Source of the DNA: a virus
Lineage: Duplodnaviria; Caudoviricetes
Virus record (IMG/VR): IMGVR_UViG_3300050142_000050
Location: 32,001 to 96,000 of that record
Reading direction: 5' to 3' (one strand)
Length of the DNA stretch: 64,000 bases
Shown: piece by piece, positions 1 through 9,859 of the stretch
Numbering within the stretch: the first letter of the stretch is position 1
Layout of the letters: each line of letters opens with the position of its first letter
Notes under the pieces: generated by a model
The model's input: the letters and a program-made list of their open reading frames with translations, nothing else
Databases searched by the model: none
What the model was told of the DNA's origin: nothing
Translations under genes and position numbers: made by a program

Positions 1-1110
1 TTCTCGGTCAAATTCCGTGCACAGTTCCAGTTTGGTAGGCCGATAGCTTTCATTGTCAACTGTCAGCCGGCTATCGACAACAATCTCATCCCTGCTGAAC
101 TCTTTTCGAGTAAGACAGCTCAGGGTCACTATAACCCCAAGATGCCCACCCTCTATGACAACATCGGGTTCTCGACTACATTCAGTACGTCGGCCGATGG
201 GCGTGGGCAGTTTGTTCGGTTCAATCGATACCCTGAGTATGACGACTGGGTACCCCGTGACAGTCTCTATCTCAAGTTCGAGTATAACCCTCTGTTGATC
301 CAGCACTTCACGCTTGATCCTGGGGTGACTCAGATTGACCTGAAGGCTATGGGTGATATCGAACTCAATCCGATCGCTATCGATATCCTAACAGTGGGCG
401 GGCAGTCGGTACTCGAGTTTGGTTCACTGCTCCATGTGGGTATATGGGCTGATGACACTCAGATGACATCGGGTGTCTCTATCTCTGATGATCTGGTGGT
501 ATCGATCGATACCTCTATCAAGAGCCGTAATTATCGATTGGTGATTTCTGAGACGACCAACATCCAGTATACTGATCTGATGTGGAACAGCATCTTGATG
601 AAGTATCGCTACTTCTTCCCACTGACGATTGCTCGCAATATCAGTGAACTCATCGATGTCGGGTGTTTTGTAACGACTGTGGATTCTGGGTTCTATTCGA
701 CCCTGGTCAATATGTCGAATGCAGGTACCCTCGGTACGGTGCTGAGTAAGATGATCGCAGATGGTGATGACACCTCAGTCCTACTTGGCTATGCATCCAC
801 CACAGATCAACTTACCTCATATCTGGTCGATCGAAATTCGATGGTGAGGAACTATACTCTCCCTACGGATGCGTCTGCTGAGTCAGTCAAGCTCCGTTAT
901 TACTATTCGAAATATGCATCTGTGAAGAGTCGTTCTCTTCTCACTGTGTTTGTGGGGATTGCTTTCTCGAAGGGGTATTTGGCAGAGGAAGATATTCCTT
1001 CTGTGAACTTCGAACCGAACCGAGAAGTCTTCCCACTCTTTACCACCGATGGAGGGTATTATGGCATTAACACCCCGTTTAGGGTCCTCTCTGGTACCAT
1101 CAGCCGATAA
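1..1110 (+). CDS. Conserved phiKZ-like virion structural protein (5'-truncated by window edge)
   Basis: Frame 1 is open from base 1 through the track ORF start at 142 (FSVKFRAQFQFGRP...) to TAA at 1108-1110, so the gene starts left of the window. RYPEYDDWVP resembles a phiKZ-family structural protein motif as I recall it. Confidence 0.55.
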   Translation, partial: FSVKFRAQFQFGRPIAFIVNCQPAIDNNLIPAELFSSKTAQGHYNPKMPTLYDNIGFSTTFSTSADGRGQFVRFNRYPEYDDWVPRDSLYLKFEYNPLLIQHFTLDPGVTQIDLKAMGDIELNPIAIDILTVGGQSVLEFGSLLHVGIWADDTQMTSGVSISDDLVVSIDTSIKSRNYRLVISETTNIQYTDLMWNSILMKYRYFFPLTIARNISELIDVGCFVTTVDSGFYSTLVNMSNAGTLGTVLSKMIADGDDTSVLLGYASTTDQLTSYLVDRNSMVRNYTLPTDASAESVKLRYYYSKYASVKSRSLLTVFVGIAFSKGYLAEEDIPSVNFEPNREVFPLFTTDGGYYGINTPFRVLSGTISR

Positions 1111-2359
1111 TACGGTACCCAGTGATATTCCCAATACCCAATCTGATGCTACCATGGCCATGGACTATCTCTCTGACGGTGTCCTCAACAAGGTGGCTGT
1201 GGACATGGGTCAGTATCCCAAGGTCCATGCTGGTATCTTGGGTTTTGTCAAGGGTAAGCGTGTACCTTGTACCTATTACCGCGTAGTCAAGACCACTGGG
1301 GCGAACGTACGCTCACATGTGGCTGACTATGCAACCACAATCAATCCGAACAATGTTGAATATATCAAGATCTTGAACTTCGAGATCACCCTACAAAAGG
1401 GATTCGAGTTCTCGGCCAATAACGAGACTGCTAGTGGTAGCATGACGGCTACCGCCTACTTCTACCCCAATAGTAATCCGTCTATCGCTGATCTGGTGAT
1501 CCTACCTACCGGTGATGGTCGTCGAGGCATCTTCCGTGTCTCAAAGATCGATATCAGTGGTTGGCAGAATGATCGGGGCTACTCGGTCACTCTATCACTT
1601 CAGTCCTTCATGGATCAGAGTGATGAAGCTGCTTTTGAGATGAGTGTCCGTAAGGTACTCGTGTTTGATAAGGCTAACTTCCTCGGGGGTACTCATGCTC
1701 TCATCACGGAAGAGACCTATCGCTATCTCCAAAAGATCGGACAGTTCCGTGCCAATCTGTTTCGACACTTCCACATGCAGTTCTTCGATCGAGATCGTAG
1801 TTCTTACTTCCGAGCAGATGCGGTATATGACCCCTATGTGACGAAGTTCATGTCGAAGAAGATTTCGATGGACTACAACCTCCCTATCCCCAAGAATCTC
1901 ATGGGGATGATTGAGGAGGACTATCGCTATTCGATCTGGTCTCGTCTGGAAGAAACCTTCAATCCTTCTCTGGTGGATCTACGGCGCTATACCGTGGGTA
2001 CGTCCTACGGGATGACGAAGATGAGTGGGTTCATCTCTGAGCTCTATGATCGCACGATCGTGAGTCTGACGAGTTCGAATGAGAATGGCGAAAGTTCTTA
2101 CGTGTTTTCTGAGAGCTTCTATGATGGTGCTGTTAGTACGATGACATCATTGGAGTCTGATGTACGCACGATGATCATCAATAGAACTGAGCCTGATCTG
2201 GGACCGATGATCGATAATTATCTGTCACTGGCTACCTCTCTTCCTAAGGACCGTGCGTTCTACCTGATTCCGATCTATATCCACATGTGTGATATGGCTA
2301 AGGATCACAGGTTTGCGAAGATCGACTCCTCCTCTATGAATTACAAATCCACGGAGTGA
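1061..2359 (+). CDS. Conserved phiKZ-like virion structural protein
   Basis: Long ORF; GGAGGG RBS at 1050-1055 favours ATG 1061. The TYYRV...YIKILNFEITLQ and YPNSNPSIADLVI...GIFRVS segments resemble a jumbo-phage structural family. Confidence 0.55.
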   Translation: MALTPRLGSSLVPSADNTVPSDIPNTQSDATMAMDYLSDGVLNKVAVDMGQYPKVHAGILGFVKGKRVPCTYYRVVKTTGANVRSHVADYATTINPNNVEYIKILNFEITLQKGFEFSANNETASGSMTATAYFYPNSNPSIADLVILPTGDGRRGIFRVSKIDISGWQNDRGYSVTLSLQSFMDQSDEAAFEMSVRKVLVFDKANFLGGTHALITEETYRYLQKIGQFRANLFRHFHMQFFDRDRSSYFRADAVYDPYVTKFMSKKISMDYNLPIPKNLMGMIEEDYRYSIWSRLEETFNPSLVDLRRYTVGTSYGMTKMSGFISELYDRTIVSLTSSNENGESSYVFSESFYDGAVSTMTSLESDVRTMIINRTEPDLGPMIDNYLSLATSLPKDRAFYLIPIYIHMCDMAKDHRFAKIDSSSMNYKSTE

Positions 2360-2363
2360 GAAG

Positions 2364-3110
2364 ATGGCAATTGTAGCTTATGTCACCCCACACCACGAGC
2401 TGATTCAGCGTAAGTTTGAGGTCCTCGTACCGATGCACTATCACCCTGGTGGGCGAGCGGACTATGATCCACTCGCTACCCAGCAGAAGGTGGATCCTTT
2501 GGAATTCACTTATCGGATGGTGACCATCGATGATCGACCCAATATCCCATTCGTCCACATCGAGAATCCTCACGCGAAGGGTCGTGTCTTCTACGAGATT
2601 CCTATCCTGATTGACATGAAGGAAAGGGGTGTACCTTTCACCTTTATGGATTGGGCAGATACAGTCCATTGTTTCGACACGATCGATCGTTATCTGATCT
2701 ATGTCTACGACTACATCGAACGTCGGTCTGAGGAGCATGTGAACTTCTGTCGGAGACTCATCAAGCTTCGTGAAGGTGTCTATCCTCTCTGGTTCAAGTT
2801 CATGAGGGAAAATCCCACAGCAGAAGATGAGCTCTATGCTGGTGGTTCCAAGAAGGACGACATCGTCAACTTCATGGCTAGGATGCTCGGTAAGGGTATC
2901 GAGACAGCCGATCCAGTCTTGCGTAGACGTAAGCCTCCTTATGACTTGGAAGCTCTACAGGTCGTCAAGCAGGAAGTCGTGGTATCACCTACCAGTGATA
3001 ACTTCATGGCTGGTCTGGGCATCTCCACAGTCAAGAAGGATGAGATCCTCTCTGACAGTGGCAACGGATTCGACTTCAATGCGTTCCTGAATGGGAATCT
3101 CAACAAGTAA
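2364..3110 (+). CDS. Conserved jumbo-phage hypothetical/structural protein (248 aa)
   Basis: ORF with GGAG RBS, tightly packed in an operon with its neighbours. Confidence 0.6.
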   Translation: MAIVAYVTPHHELIQRKFEVLVPMHYHPGGRADYDPLATQQKVDPLEFTYRMVTIDDRPNIPFVHIENPHAKGRVFYEIPILIDMKERGVPFTFMDWADTVHCFDTIDRYLIYVYDYIERRSEEHVNFCRRLIKLREGVYPLWFKFMRENPTAEDELYAGGSKKDDIVNFMARMLGKGIETADPVLRRRKPPYDLEALQVVKQEVVVSPTSDNFMAGLGISTVKKDEILSDSGNGFDFNAFLNGNLNK

Positions 3111-3122
3111 CGGAGATAGCCC

Positions 3123-4436
3123 ATGAAGAACGTAGTCTTACGTGAGGCGGCTGATCGGGTGGTGGCGAATCGCAAGGTTCTCTATCACTCGGTGAGTATG
3201 CAGCTGACTGACTCTGCTACTGGTAGTAGGAATGCAGCAGTCAAGTTCATCAACAATTTCCGAGTCACTCAGAACTTTGCTGAAGACATCTCCATGGCGA
3301 TTTATATCTCGTGGAAGATGACGCCTTGGTCTCTCCTATATGTCGCAGGAGATGGTCCTCCTAATGCATCTGTCACGATCGCTCCTTGTGATATCGTCGG
3401 TAGATGGGATGTGGAGGATGCTAAAGTCCTCAAGGGTGAGTTGGTCTTGATTGTGGACCCTGCCGTACTGGCTAAGGCTAAGGCCATGCCTAACTCAGGA
3501 CACCTGACAGATCTCATCGATTGTTCTGGTATGCTGGTTTATCCATCGGCTCTCAAAGCCCGCAGTAGCCGTATCGGAGGGGTACTCCCTAAAGCCTCAG
3601 TCGAGGATGCTATTCACTACATCGCGAATCAATTCGGGATGTCATCAGTGGCTATGCCTCCTCCCAACAACAAGCATGTGTATGACAATATCGTCTTGGA
3701 TGGATATTCCAGCCTCGATGAATGCATGTACAAGCTCCAGCAGAAGTATGGAGTCTACGAAGCGGGTATCTCCACTTGGGTGAAGAAGAATAACAACCTA
3801 GTGGTATGGCCTGCCTATGACACCACTCTGTCGCAGTCCAACAGTGAGATCACCTTCTATCAAGTCGACCAGGGAGACTATGCAGGCACGAATGGCCTGG
3901 GTAGGTACTTGGGTAGTGATTCTTACATCGAGGTGGTCTACAACCAGTCTCCGGTCATTACAGACCTATCTGTGGTGGGGGCAGAAGCTGCTGGGTCTGG
4001 ATTCGTCATGCTCAAGGCTAGTTCCTCTGGCGGTGGTCGCACGACAGTCGACTCCAAGGATGGTGCTAAGTTCACTGAGGATCACACCGTCACTGTCCAT
4101 CTCAACAAGGTACAGGGTGGTGTTAAGGATGCGAAGCGGGTGACCTATATAGGTAAGACCGATAATCCTTATCCGAAGATGGCACAGATCCTTTCCACTC
4201 AAGCCATTTTGGCTAAGATGGATTGGGCTTTCTCATCGCCATTCAGTCTCCATCCTTTTACCAAGGTGACCTATCAGTTCGACGATAACGACGTCCTCAA
4301 GAAGAGGACTGGTGTCATCGAGAGTATCGAGACCATTTCGAAACTGACTATGCAACGCAATGATAATTTCGAATCTATCTTTGCTCTGTCATCGACATTC
4401 ACCCTGCGTCTTTCTAAGAAAGCCACGACTGGATAG
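3123..4436 (+). CDS. Probable virion/baseplate-associated protein (437 aa)
   Basis: ORF with GGAG RBS, ends at a hairpin; beta-rich composition. Function inferred from context only. Confidence 0.5.
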   Translation: MKNVVLREAADRVVANRKVLYHSVSMQLTDSATGSRNAAVKFINNFRVTQNFAEDISMAIYISWKMTPWSLLYVAGDGPPNASVTIAPCDIVGRWDVEDAKVLKGELVLIVDPAVLAKAKAMPNSGHLTDLIDCSGMLVYPSALKARSSRIGGVLPKASVEDAIHYIANQFGMSSVAMPPPNNKHVYDNIVLDGYSSLDECMYKLQQKYGVYEAGISTWVKKNNNLVVWPAYDTTLSQSNSEITFYQVDQGDYAGTNGLGRYLGSDSYIEVVYNQSPVITDLSVVGAEAAGSGFVMLKASSSGGGRTTVDSKDGAKFTEDHTVTVHLNKVQGGVKDAKRVTYIGKTDNPYPKMAQILSTQAILAKMDWAFSSPFSLHPFTKVTYQFDDNDVLKKRTGVIESIETISKLTMQRNDNFESIFALSSTFTLRLSKKATTG

Positions 4437-4439
4437 TTT

Positions 4440-4467
4440 AGGATGGAGGGCGTGAGCCCTCCATCCT
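4440..4467. terminator. Bidirectional GC-rich hairpin between convergent genes
   Basis: AGGATGGAGGGC-GTGA-GCCCTCCATCCT: perfect 12-bp stem with GNRA loop, between a + stop (4436) and a - stop (4468). Confidence 0.75.
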
Positions 4468-5631
4468 CTATCTCTTATTGAGGTATTCGTACATACCCAC
4501 TAAACGAGTCCTGATGGTCTCACGATAGGGGAGTGAGTTTGAGATGTTATTCCACACCTCACTCCTGACCCAATGATAGATCTCTCGCTTTACATCCCTT
4601 TCGAAGGAAATCACTTCAGGGAGCTTGGATAGAGATGTGGTGACGAGGATCATCTCCCACCATGAGAGGTGGAGGATACAGGTAGCCCAAGGTTGCGTAC
4701 TGTCCGGGGATGGGATCGAATTCTTACCCAGTTCTAAGTAGTACTGGGTGAATGTCGTATCAGGAGATAGCTTGAGAGATGACAGAGCCACTAGAGGTGA
4801 AATAGATCCCTTGATCAAATCTGTCCTGAGAGCCTCCACATCGCGCTGTGCTGCGTTGAAGGTAGTACCCAGGGTATCACCGTTGATATTGTCCCAGAGG
4901 GTCATCGTAAAGGATCTGAGAGGTGATCCGCTGATGAGTGTCTTCCTGAAGTTGTTCCTGATCCACAAAGACACTGAATCCTTGACCAGGGTAGGAATCA
5001 CGATCTCTTCATGGAGGAAGTTCATGATGATGAGTTCGAGATTACCATCGGTACTGTGGGACTCGAAGTAGGAAAGGAACTTGGACACGAGTGAGACTGT
5101 GTCGAGAGTGTATACGACAAACTTAGGACCTACCCCATGGTAGAGGAGTTTGGCCTGGTGAGCTGTGTAGACAAGATCACAGTCGGATATGTCCATCATC
5201 CTGAAAGGACGAATGTTATCCCATCGGGCATCCTGATAAGAGACATAGTGCGGAATGTCAATCATCGGATGCTTGCGGCGCACAGGGATGATGACTTCAT
5301 CGCACTTTACTCGACTACTGATGAAGTAGTTCGAGCTGGGTCGTGTTTTGACCACACGTGAATCGATGGGTTGTTCCAGCTCGCGGATCATGAAGGTCAG
5401 ATCGGTAAGATCGAACTTCTTGTCGAGATAGAGAGGGATCACCACTTCGAGATCTACAGACTTGATGATCTCAGCCAGGAGACGCACTCCGTATGAATTG
5501 GAGTTCGTGTAGGAAGAACGACGAATAGACTCCTCGATCTTCACATTGGTGAACTGGAGGAACTGGTTCACCTTGGGAAGGAGGCGTGTCCTCTCCTGCC
5601 GCAGATACGTCAGGAAGTGATTGTTATACAT
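4468..5631 (-). CDS. Conserved hypothetical protein divergent from chimallin (387 aa)
   Basis: Long ORF; position opposite and upstream of chimallin matches phiKZ-like core synteny as I recall it. Confidence 0.65.
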   Translation of the reverse strand: MYNNHFLTYLRQERTRLLPKVNQFLQFTNVKIEESIRRSSYTNSNSYGVRLLAEIIKSVDLEVVIPLYLDKKFDLTDLTFMIRELEQPIDSRVVKTRPSSNYFISSRVKCDEVIIPVRRKHPMIDIPHYVSYQDARWDNIRPFRMMDISDCDLVYTAHQAKLLYHGVGPKFVVYTLDTVSLVSKFLSYFESHSTDGNLELIIMNFLHEEIVIPTLVKDSVSLWIRNNFRKTLISGSPLRSFTMTLWDNINGDTLGTTFNAAQRDVEALRTDLIKGSISPLVALSSLKLSPDTTFTQYYLELGKNSIPSPDSTQPWATCILHLSWWEMILVTTSLSKLPEVISFERDVKREIYHWVRSEVWNNISNSLPYRETIRTRLVGMYEYLNKR

Positions 5632-5821
5632 GTTACCCTCTGACGGTTCGTGATGGAAGTCATACGATGTGCTATATTTACAGATATAATAAACGAGTAT
5701 TTTTACTAAGCAGTAGTAGGTGTATACTGTGATCAGTACCTGGACCGTTTAGGTCCTGGTTTACTGGAGGCTCTATGCGCTATATTCTGGAGAAGGCCAA
5801 ATCTCATGGAGATTGACCCTT

Positions 5822-5829
5822 CATATTAC
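5822..5829 (+). promoter_or_regulatory. Putative early promoter motif CATATTAC upstream of chimallin
   Basis: One mismatch to the phiKZ early consensus TATATTAC; intergenic, about 155 nt upstream of the chimallin ATG. Confidence 0.35.
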
Positions 5830-5983
5830 CAGTGTGAATGCGATACGTGATGATTAAAATCTTTACGATCGTGTTCGTTCTGCTATAGCGAAGACTAGAA
5901 ATTGAAGCTTCTATACTGGTCATTCGTGTTCCCCTCGAAAAGATCTATCGAGGGTTATTTCATACAAAGTGGAGAATTTTCCC

Positions 5984-7669
5984 ATGGCAGTCGCTGAAAA
6001 CGGTCAACCCACCCCCACCCCGGCATCGCAGGGTGTGGTACCTCCCTCGCACAAGGCTGAGGAAGCGTCCTACAGCACCGGTGCTTACGTTCGTCCTCCC
6101 GCCGACGGCGGCCTGGTCGGCCTGATGAGCGCCCTGAATGCTCCTTCGGTTTCGCCGGAAATCAAGCCCTTCTTGGAAAAGCTGCTCGAGAACCTGAAGG
6201 CTTCGGTCGGCGGTGCTTCGTTCACCAATGTCCGTTGTGAACATGTGGTCGGCTCGCCCAACTCGTTCATCATCGTCCTGCCGTCGACTCGCTACGAGAA
6301 GTCGGAGATGATCTTCCCGCTGCGCTTCGTGGGCGCTGCTTCGACGATCCAGAACTCGACGGATCCCGAAAGCAAGTTCATCAAGAACGCAGTCGAGGCC
6401 TACACCGCAGGTCGTTCGAACCAGATCCTGGTGGGCTCGCTGATCGTCCTGACTCGTGCCGAAGATATGGCTCGCGTCGATCAGGTGACCGAAACCATCC
6501 GTCGTGCATTCGTGTGGCACGACAATCAGGATGCCCACAACGCCACAGCATCGGGCTTTGCCGGCTACGAGCTGATCGTCACGACCGACGAGGCTACCGC
6601 ATCGGAAATTCTGAAGCGTCACTCGACCACGAGCACTCAGGTTCGTATCGATGTCGCGATGAACGTCATGCTGCGCCGTCCTCGCCGCGCTGGCTACCTC
6701 GCCTATCAGGAACAGGGTGATGATCGACCGATCCCGCTGGGCTCGATCGGTGGTTATGTTGACTTCCCGGGTGAACAGCCGGAATTCAATCCTGCGCAGA
6801 ACACGCAGGTCATGCGTCAGAAGCCGCTGGTCTACATCACTGCGATGCAGTGCGACCTGCCCATCGCTCCTGTGATCGCAATGTTGGTGTCGGCCTTCAC
6901 GTCGGAAGTCATCAACAACCGTCGTTTCTGGCTGCAACAGTACATCCCGACCCTGGGCGGTACCGATCCGATCCATCCCGGCGTACTGGCTCCCGACCCG
7001 CAGACCAACACGCCGGCCGATATCCCGACCGACGTGCATCTGGAAGAATTCGCATCGGCTGTGTTCGCCGATGTCGACGTCGCTATCCAGTTCCAGGATG
7101 GTCACGACAACCTGCCGCATCTGGCAGAAATGCTGAACTCGGCAAGCGCCCCTGACTTCGTGCGTGAATGCGCTCGTTTCTTCGGCGTGGGCGAAGACCT
7201 GTTCCCGCAGGGGATGGTTCCTACCCAGCACTACCGCTCGGACATCGAAGGTGTCTATGGTTCGTGGGATGGTAACCTGCGCGATTCGCGCTACATCGAC
7301 TTCGTCAACTATGCCTCCAAGCATGGTCTGGCCAGCTGTAACGAGAAGACCAAGACGCTGCTCCTGCGTCGTGACTACCCGGCTCAGACGCGTGAACGCG
7401 CTCTGGAGATCTCGAACATCATCGCGAACTCCGGCCAGGTCTTCCGTCCTCTGTATGACACCTCGGTCCACATCGTCGCTCGAGGCTTTGTGAACGCGGT
7501 GACCCATGCGATGAGCCGTGCTGGTGTGACGATCACCAACCCGAGCGCGCCGATCACTGCTCAGAATGTTGCCTACTGGCAGCAGGTCGCCGGCAATGTC
7601 AACGTCGCTCGTGCCATCGGTGCTGGCAGCTACAACGGCCCCGCCTACAACGGTGGTCGCGCCTGGTAA
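5984..7669 (+). CDS. chmA: Chimallin (phage nuclear shell protein, ChmA-like), 561 aa
   Basis: Colinear motifs resemble Goslar chimallin as recalled: QVRIDVAMNV, GGYVDF, KPLVYIT, IHPGVLA, GVYGSWDGNLRDSRYID, NAVTHAMSRAGVTITNP. Lies just upstream of the gp55-like nvRNAP gene, like phiKZ gp54. Strong C/G third-position bias; GGAG RBS at 5971. Confidence 0.85.
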   Translation: MAVAENGQPTPTPASQGVVPPSHKAEEASYSTGAYVRPPADGGLVGLMSALNAPSVSPEIKPFLEKLLENLKASVGGASFTNVRCEHVVGSPNSFIIVLPSTRYEKSEMIFPLRFVGAASTIQNSTDPESKFIKNAVEAYTAGRSNQILVGSLIVLTRAEDMARVDQVTETIRRAFVWHDNQDAHNATASGFAGYELIVTTDEATASEILKRHSTTSTQVRIDVAMNVMLRRPRRAGYLAYQEQGDDRPIPLGSIGGYVDFPGEQPEFNPAQNTQVMRQKPLVYITAMQCDLPIAPVIAMLVSAFTSEVINNRRFWLQQYIPTLGGTDPIHPGVLAPDPQTNTPADIPTDVHLEEFASAVFADVDVAIQFQDGHDNLPHLAEMLNSASAPDFVRECARFFGVGEDLFPQGMVPTQHYRSDIEGVYGSWDGNLRDSRYIDFVNYASKHGLASCNEKTKTLLLRRDYPAQTRERALEISNIIANSGQVFRPLYDTSVHIVARGFVNAVTHAMSRAGVTITNPSAPITAQNVAYWQQVAGNVNVARAIGAGSYNGPAYNGGRAW

Positions 7670-7690
7670 GGCGAATAACAAAAGGGATAG

Positions 7691-7733
7691 GGGTAGGAGG
7701 GTTTTCCCTCCTACCCTCTTCTCTTCATTTTTT
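7691..7733 (+). terminator. Hairpin plus spaced T-tract after chimallin
   Basis: GGGTAGGAGGG-TTTT-CCCTCCTACCC followed by TCTTCTCTTCATTTTTT. Confidence 0.75.
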
Positions 7734-7753
7734 AACACATCGGAGTATGACAC

Positions 7754-7882
7754 ATGCCGAAGACGATTGAGGAAGCTTTCGAGCTCTCCGTAGAAGCGGC
7801 TAAGAAGCTGCATGATACCAAGGTGGTGACGACGGTCGTCAACACACCGCGCGAGCGGCGTCCTTTGGGTCTGTATAGTTAG
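7754..7882 (+). CDS. Small 42-aa protein not in ORF track (MPKTIEEAFELSVEAAKKLHDTKVVTTVVNTPRERRPLGLYS)
   Basis: GGAG RBS at 7742-7745, ATG 7754, TAG 7880-7882; fills the gap between the terminator and the RNAP gene. Confidence 0.5.
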   Translation: MPKTIEEAFELSVEAAKKLHDTKVVTTVVNTPRERRPLGLYS

Positions 7883-7937
7883 TAAACTAGCAATCTAAGA
7901 GGGGTATGCTTTAGCACCCTCTAGACTAGGATATCCG

Positions 7938-9260
7938 ATGACTCAGGAAAATATCCAAGAAGAAGATCTGAACGGTATTATGACAGATACCGATCTGAGC
8001 ATCCTCAGACTCGTCGATCATGATAACCAGTTCGTTGTCAGTGGTCGCAACCTCAATGGGAAGGTGAATGTCCTTAACTCTTACGACCTCAACTCAGGGG
8101 ACTTCGTAAGTAGTATCATCGAAGTCATCGCTTCTAATGGGAGTAATGGTGACTCGGTGGCTCATTGCGACTGTGGGTGCACTGAGGGTGATCAACGTAT
8201 CGGTAGTAGGTGTCGTGAATGCGGTACTTTCGTGCAGAAGCGTGAGATCACTGATGATGACAATCTGACCAATGCGAATTGGTTCAGGTGTCCTGAGGAA
8301 TTGGCTTCGGGATGGTTGCATCCTGTCGTATACATGATCCTCTCCAACTGGCTCGTCTATGAGCGCAAGAAGAAAGGTGGTCGCAACTACCTCGACGATA
8401 TCCTCAATGTCGACGCTGAGGTCGACTATGAGATCGCCAATGTGGTGAATGGTCGTGGGTTCCAATATCTGCGCGACAACTTCGATCGACTGATGGACTT
8501 CTTCATCAATGACCATCCGAAAATTTCGGAGAAGTCTGAGTCGAAGACTATGCGCTTCTTCCTTGACATGTACAAGGATGTCATCTGGTGTCGGTATATA
8601 CCGATCATGCCAGCAGCGCTCAATCCCATCACCAGTCGTGATCCTGACAGTGTCCAGGCTTCACGTCAGATCGATCCCATCACTACCCATGTGATGGAAG
8701 CGGCATCTATCCTCTCGGAGATCGACTTCGGGACTAAGCGCCGTAAGGATCGTCAGCTCAAGGTAGAGCGACAAGTGTGGGCAGCCTATCAGGCTATCAT
8801 CGCCTACAATGAAGAAGCCACTCGTAAGTTCCACTCGACGAAGAAGGCTATCCCTCGTACACAGATGCTGGGTGCTCGTATGCACCTCACATTCCGTGCG
8901 GTGATCGGTCCCATCATCGGTGAGCACGTACACGACGAACTCCACATCCCGTGGTCCATCGGCGTGAACACTTTGCGGGTGCACATCATCGGTATCCTCC
9001 AGAACCGATATGACTACATGCTCGTAGATGCTCAGCGCATCCACAGTCGAGCTATTACGACCTATGACAAAACAGTCGATGACATCATGAAGTCTTTGAT
9101 TGAGGAGAGTCCATGTCACGGTCTACCTGTACTGTGGCACCGCCCTCCATCTATCCGGGATGGTAACGTGATGCTCAAGCGCGTCACGCGTATCAAGACG
9201 GACATCAACGATCCATCAATTAGTATGACGCCTATCGACGTCGCTCTCCCAAATGCGGAT
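7938..9260 (+). CDS. Non-virion RNA polymerase beta-prime N-terminal subunit (phiKZ gp55-like), exon 1
   Basis: Zn finger CDCG...CRECG, GARMHLTFRAVIGP and HRPPSIR motifs. Ends in NAD, the first half of the NADFDGD-type catalytic motif, then TAA. Confidence 0.88.
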
Positions 9261-9627
9261 TAACTATTAGTCCTACGTCATCGAGAGGTGACGGTAAATA
9301 TCTCCTTAATTGCGGGGAAGTCTCATTAAGTTCTCACACACCAAGTGGATCATGGAAACATGATAATCCATGGCGACGCTAATTACGTCGGTACGGTAAA
9401 AGATGTGAGATAGAGAAAATCCGCAGCCAAGTGCCTAAGTCCTTCTTGGATATGGTAAAGGTTCAACGGCCATCGCAGGCATGCGAGTAGGGATCGAGTG
9501 ATCCCGAAATGGGAGACCCCTCCTCTGGAGGGTGAAGATATGGTCTGTTCCTACATGAGAATGTAGGCGGAGCTGCCTCTATATGAGGACAAGCCGGGTG
9601 AGTCTAACGAGCTCACTGGACATCAAG
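9261..9627 (+). mobile_element. Group I self-splicing intron (367 nt, no ORF) in the RNAP catalytic motif
   Basis: P AATTGCGGGGAA, Q AATCCGCAGC, R GTTCAACGGCCA, S AAGATATGGTC. P1 is GGAT|TAA-CTA-TTA-GTCC with a U.G pair at the splice site; terminal G at 9627. Splicing gives NAD-YDGD in frame. Confidence 0.9.
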
Positions 9628-9804
9628 TATGACGGGGACACGCTGGCAGGGATTCTGCTGGTAGAATGGGAGATGGTAAAAGCCATGCGGCGTATGTCGA
9701 CCGACAATCTGATCTGGGATCGCAACACAGGGCGAGTCAGCGAGGAAATCGGTGTGTCCAAAGACGTCGCTCAGGTCATGAATAGGTTCTTGGGAGTTCT
9801 TTAA
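9628..9804 (+). CDS. nvRNAP beta-prime N-terminal subunit, exon 2 (YDGDTLAG...; spliced product 499 aa)
   Basis: In-frame YDGD directly after the intron terminal G completes the Mg-binding DxDGD motif. Confidence 0.85.
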   Translation, partial: YDGDTLAGILLVEWEMVKAMRRMSTDNLIWDRNTGRVSEEIGVSKDVAQVMNRFLGVL

Positions 9805-9859
9805 CTTAATAGATCACCATGATCATTTGAGTTAGAGGTAAGAGAACGGGGAACAACAG

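Noticed and set aside
5700-5860. Short ORFs upstream of chimallin (13-aa MRYILEKAKSHGD; a ~45-codon open frame)
   Set aside because: Too short, or lacking a convincing start, to support from sequence alone.
5960-7813. 617-aa antisense ORF over chimallin
   Set aside because: Shadow frame produced by strong C/G third-position bias; no RBS or motif. The same applies to 15787-16791, 19244-20089, 27014-28018, 42820-43890 and 59653-60354.
9583-9627. Apparent N-terminus MRTSRVSLTSSLDIK, nearly matching TRTSRVSLTNSLDSR at about 26984-27028
   Set aside because: Both are translations of the shared intron 3' sequence, not an intein or a conserved peptide.
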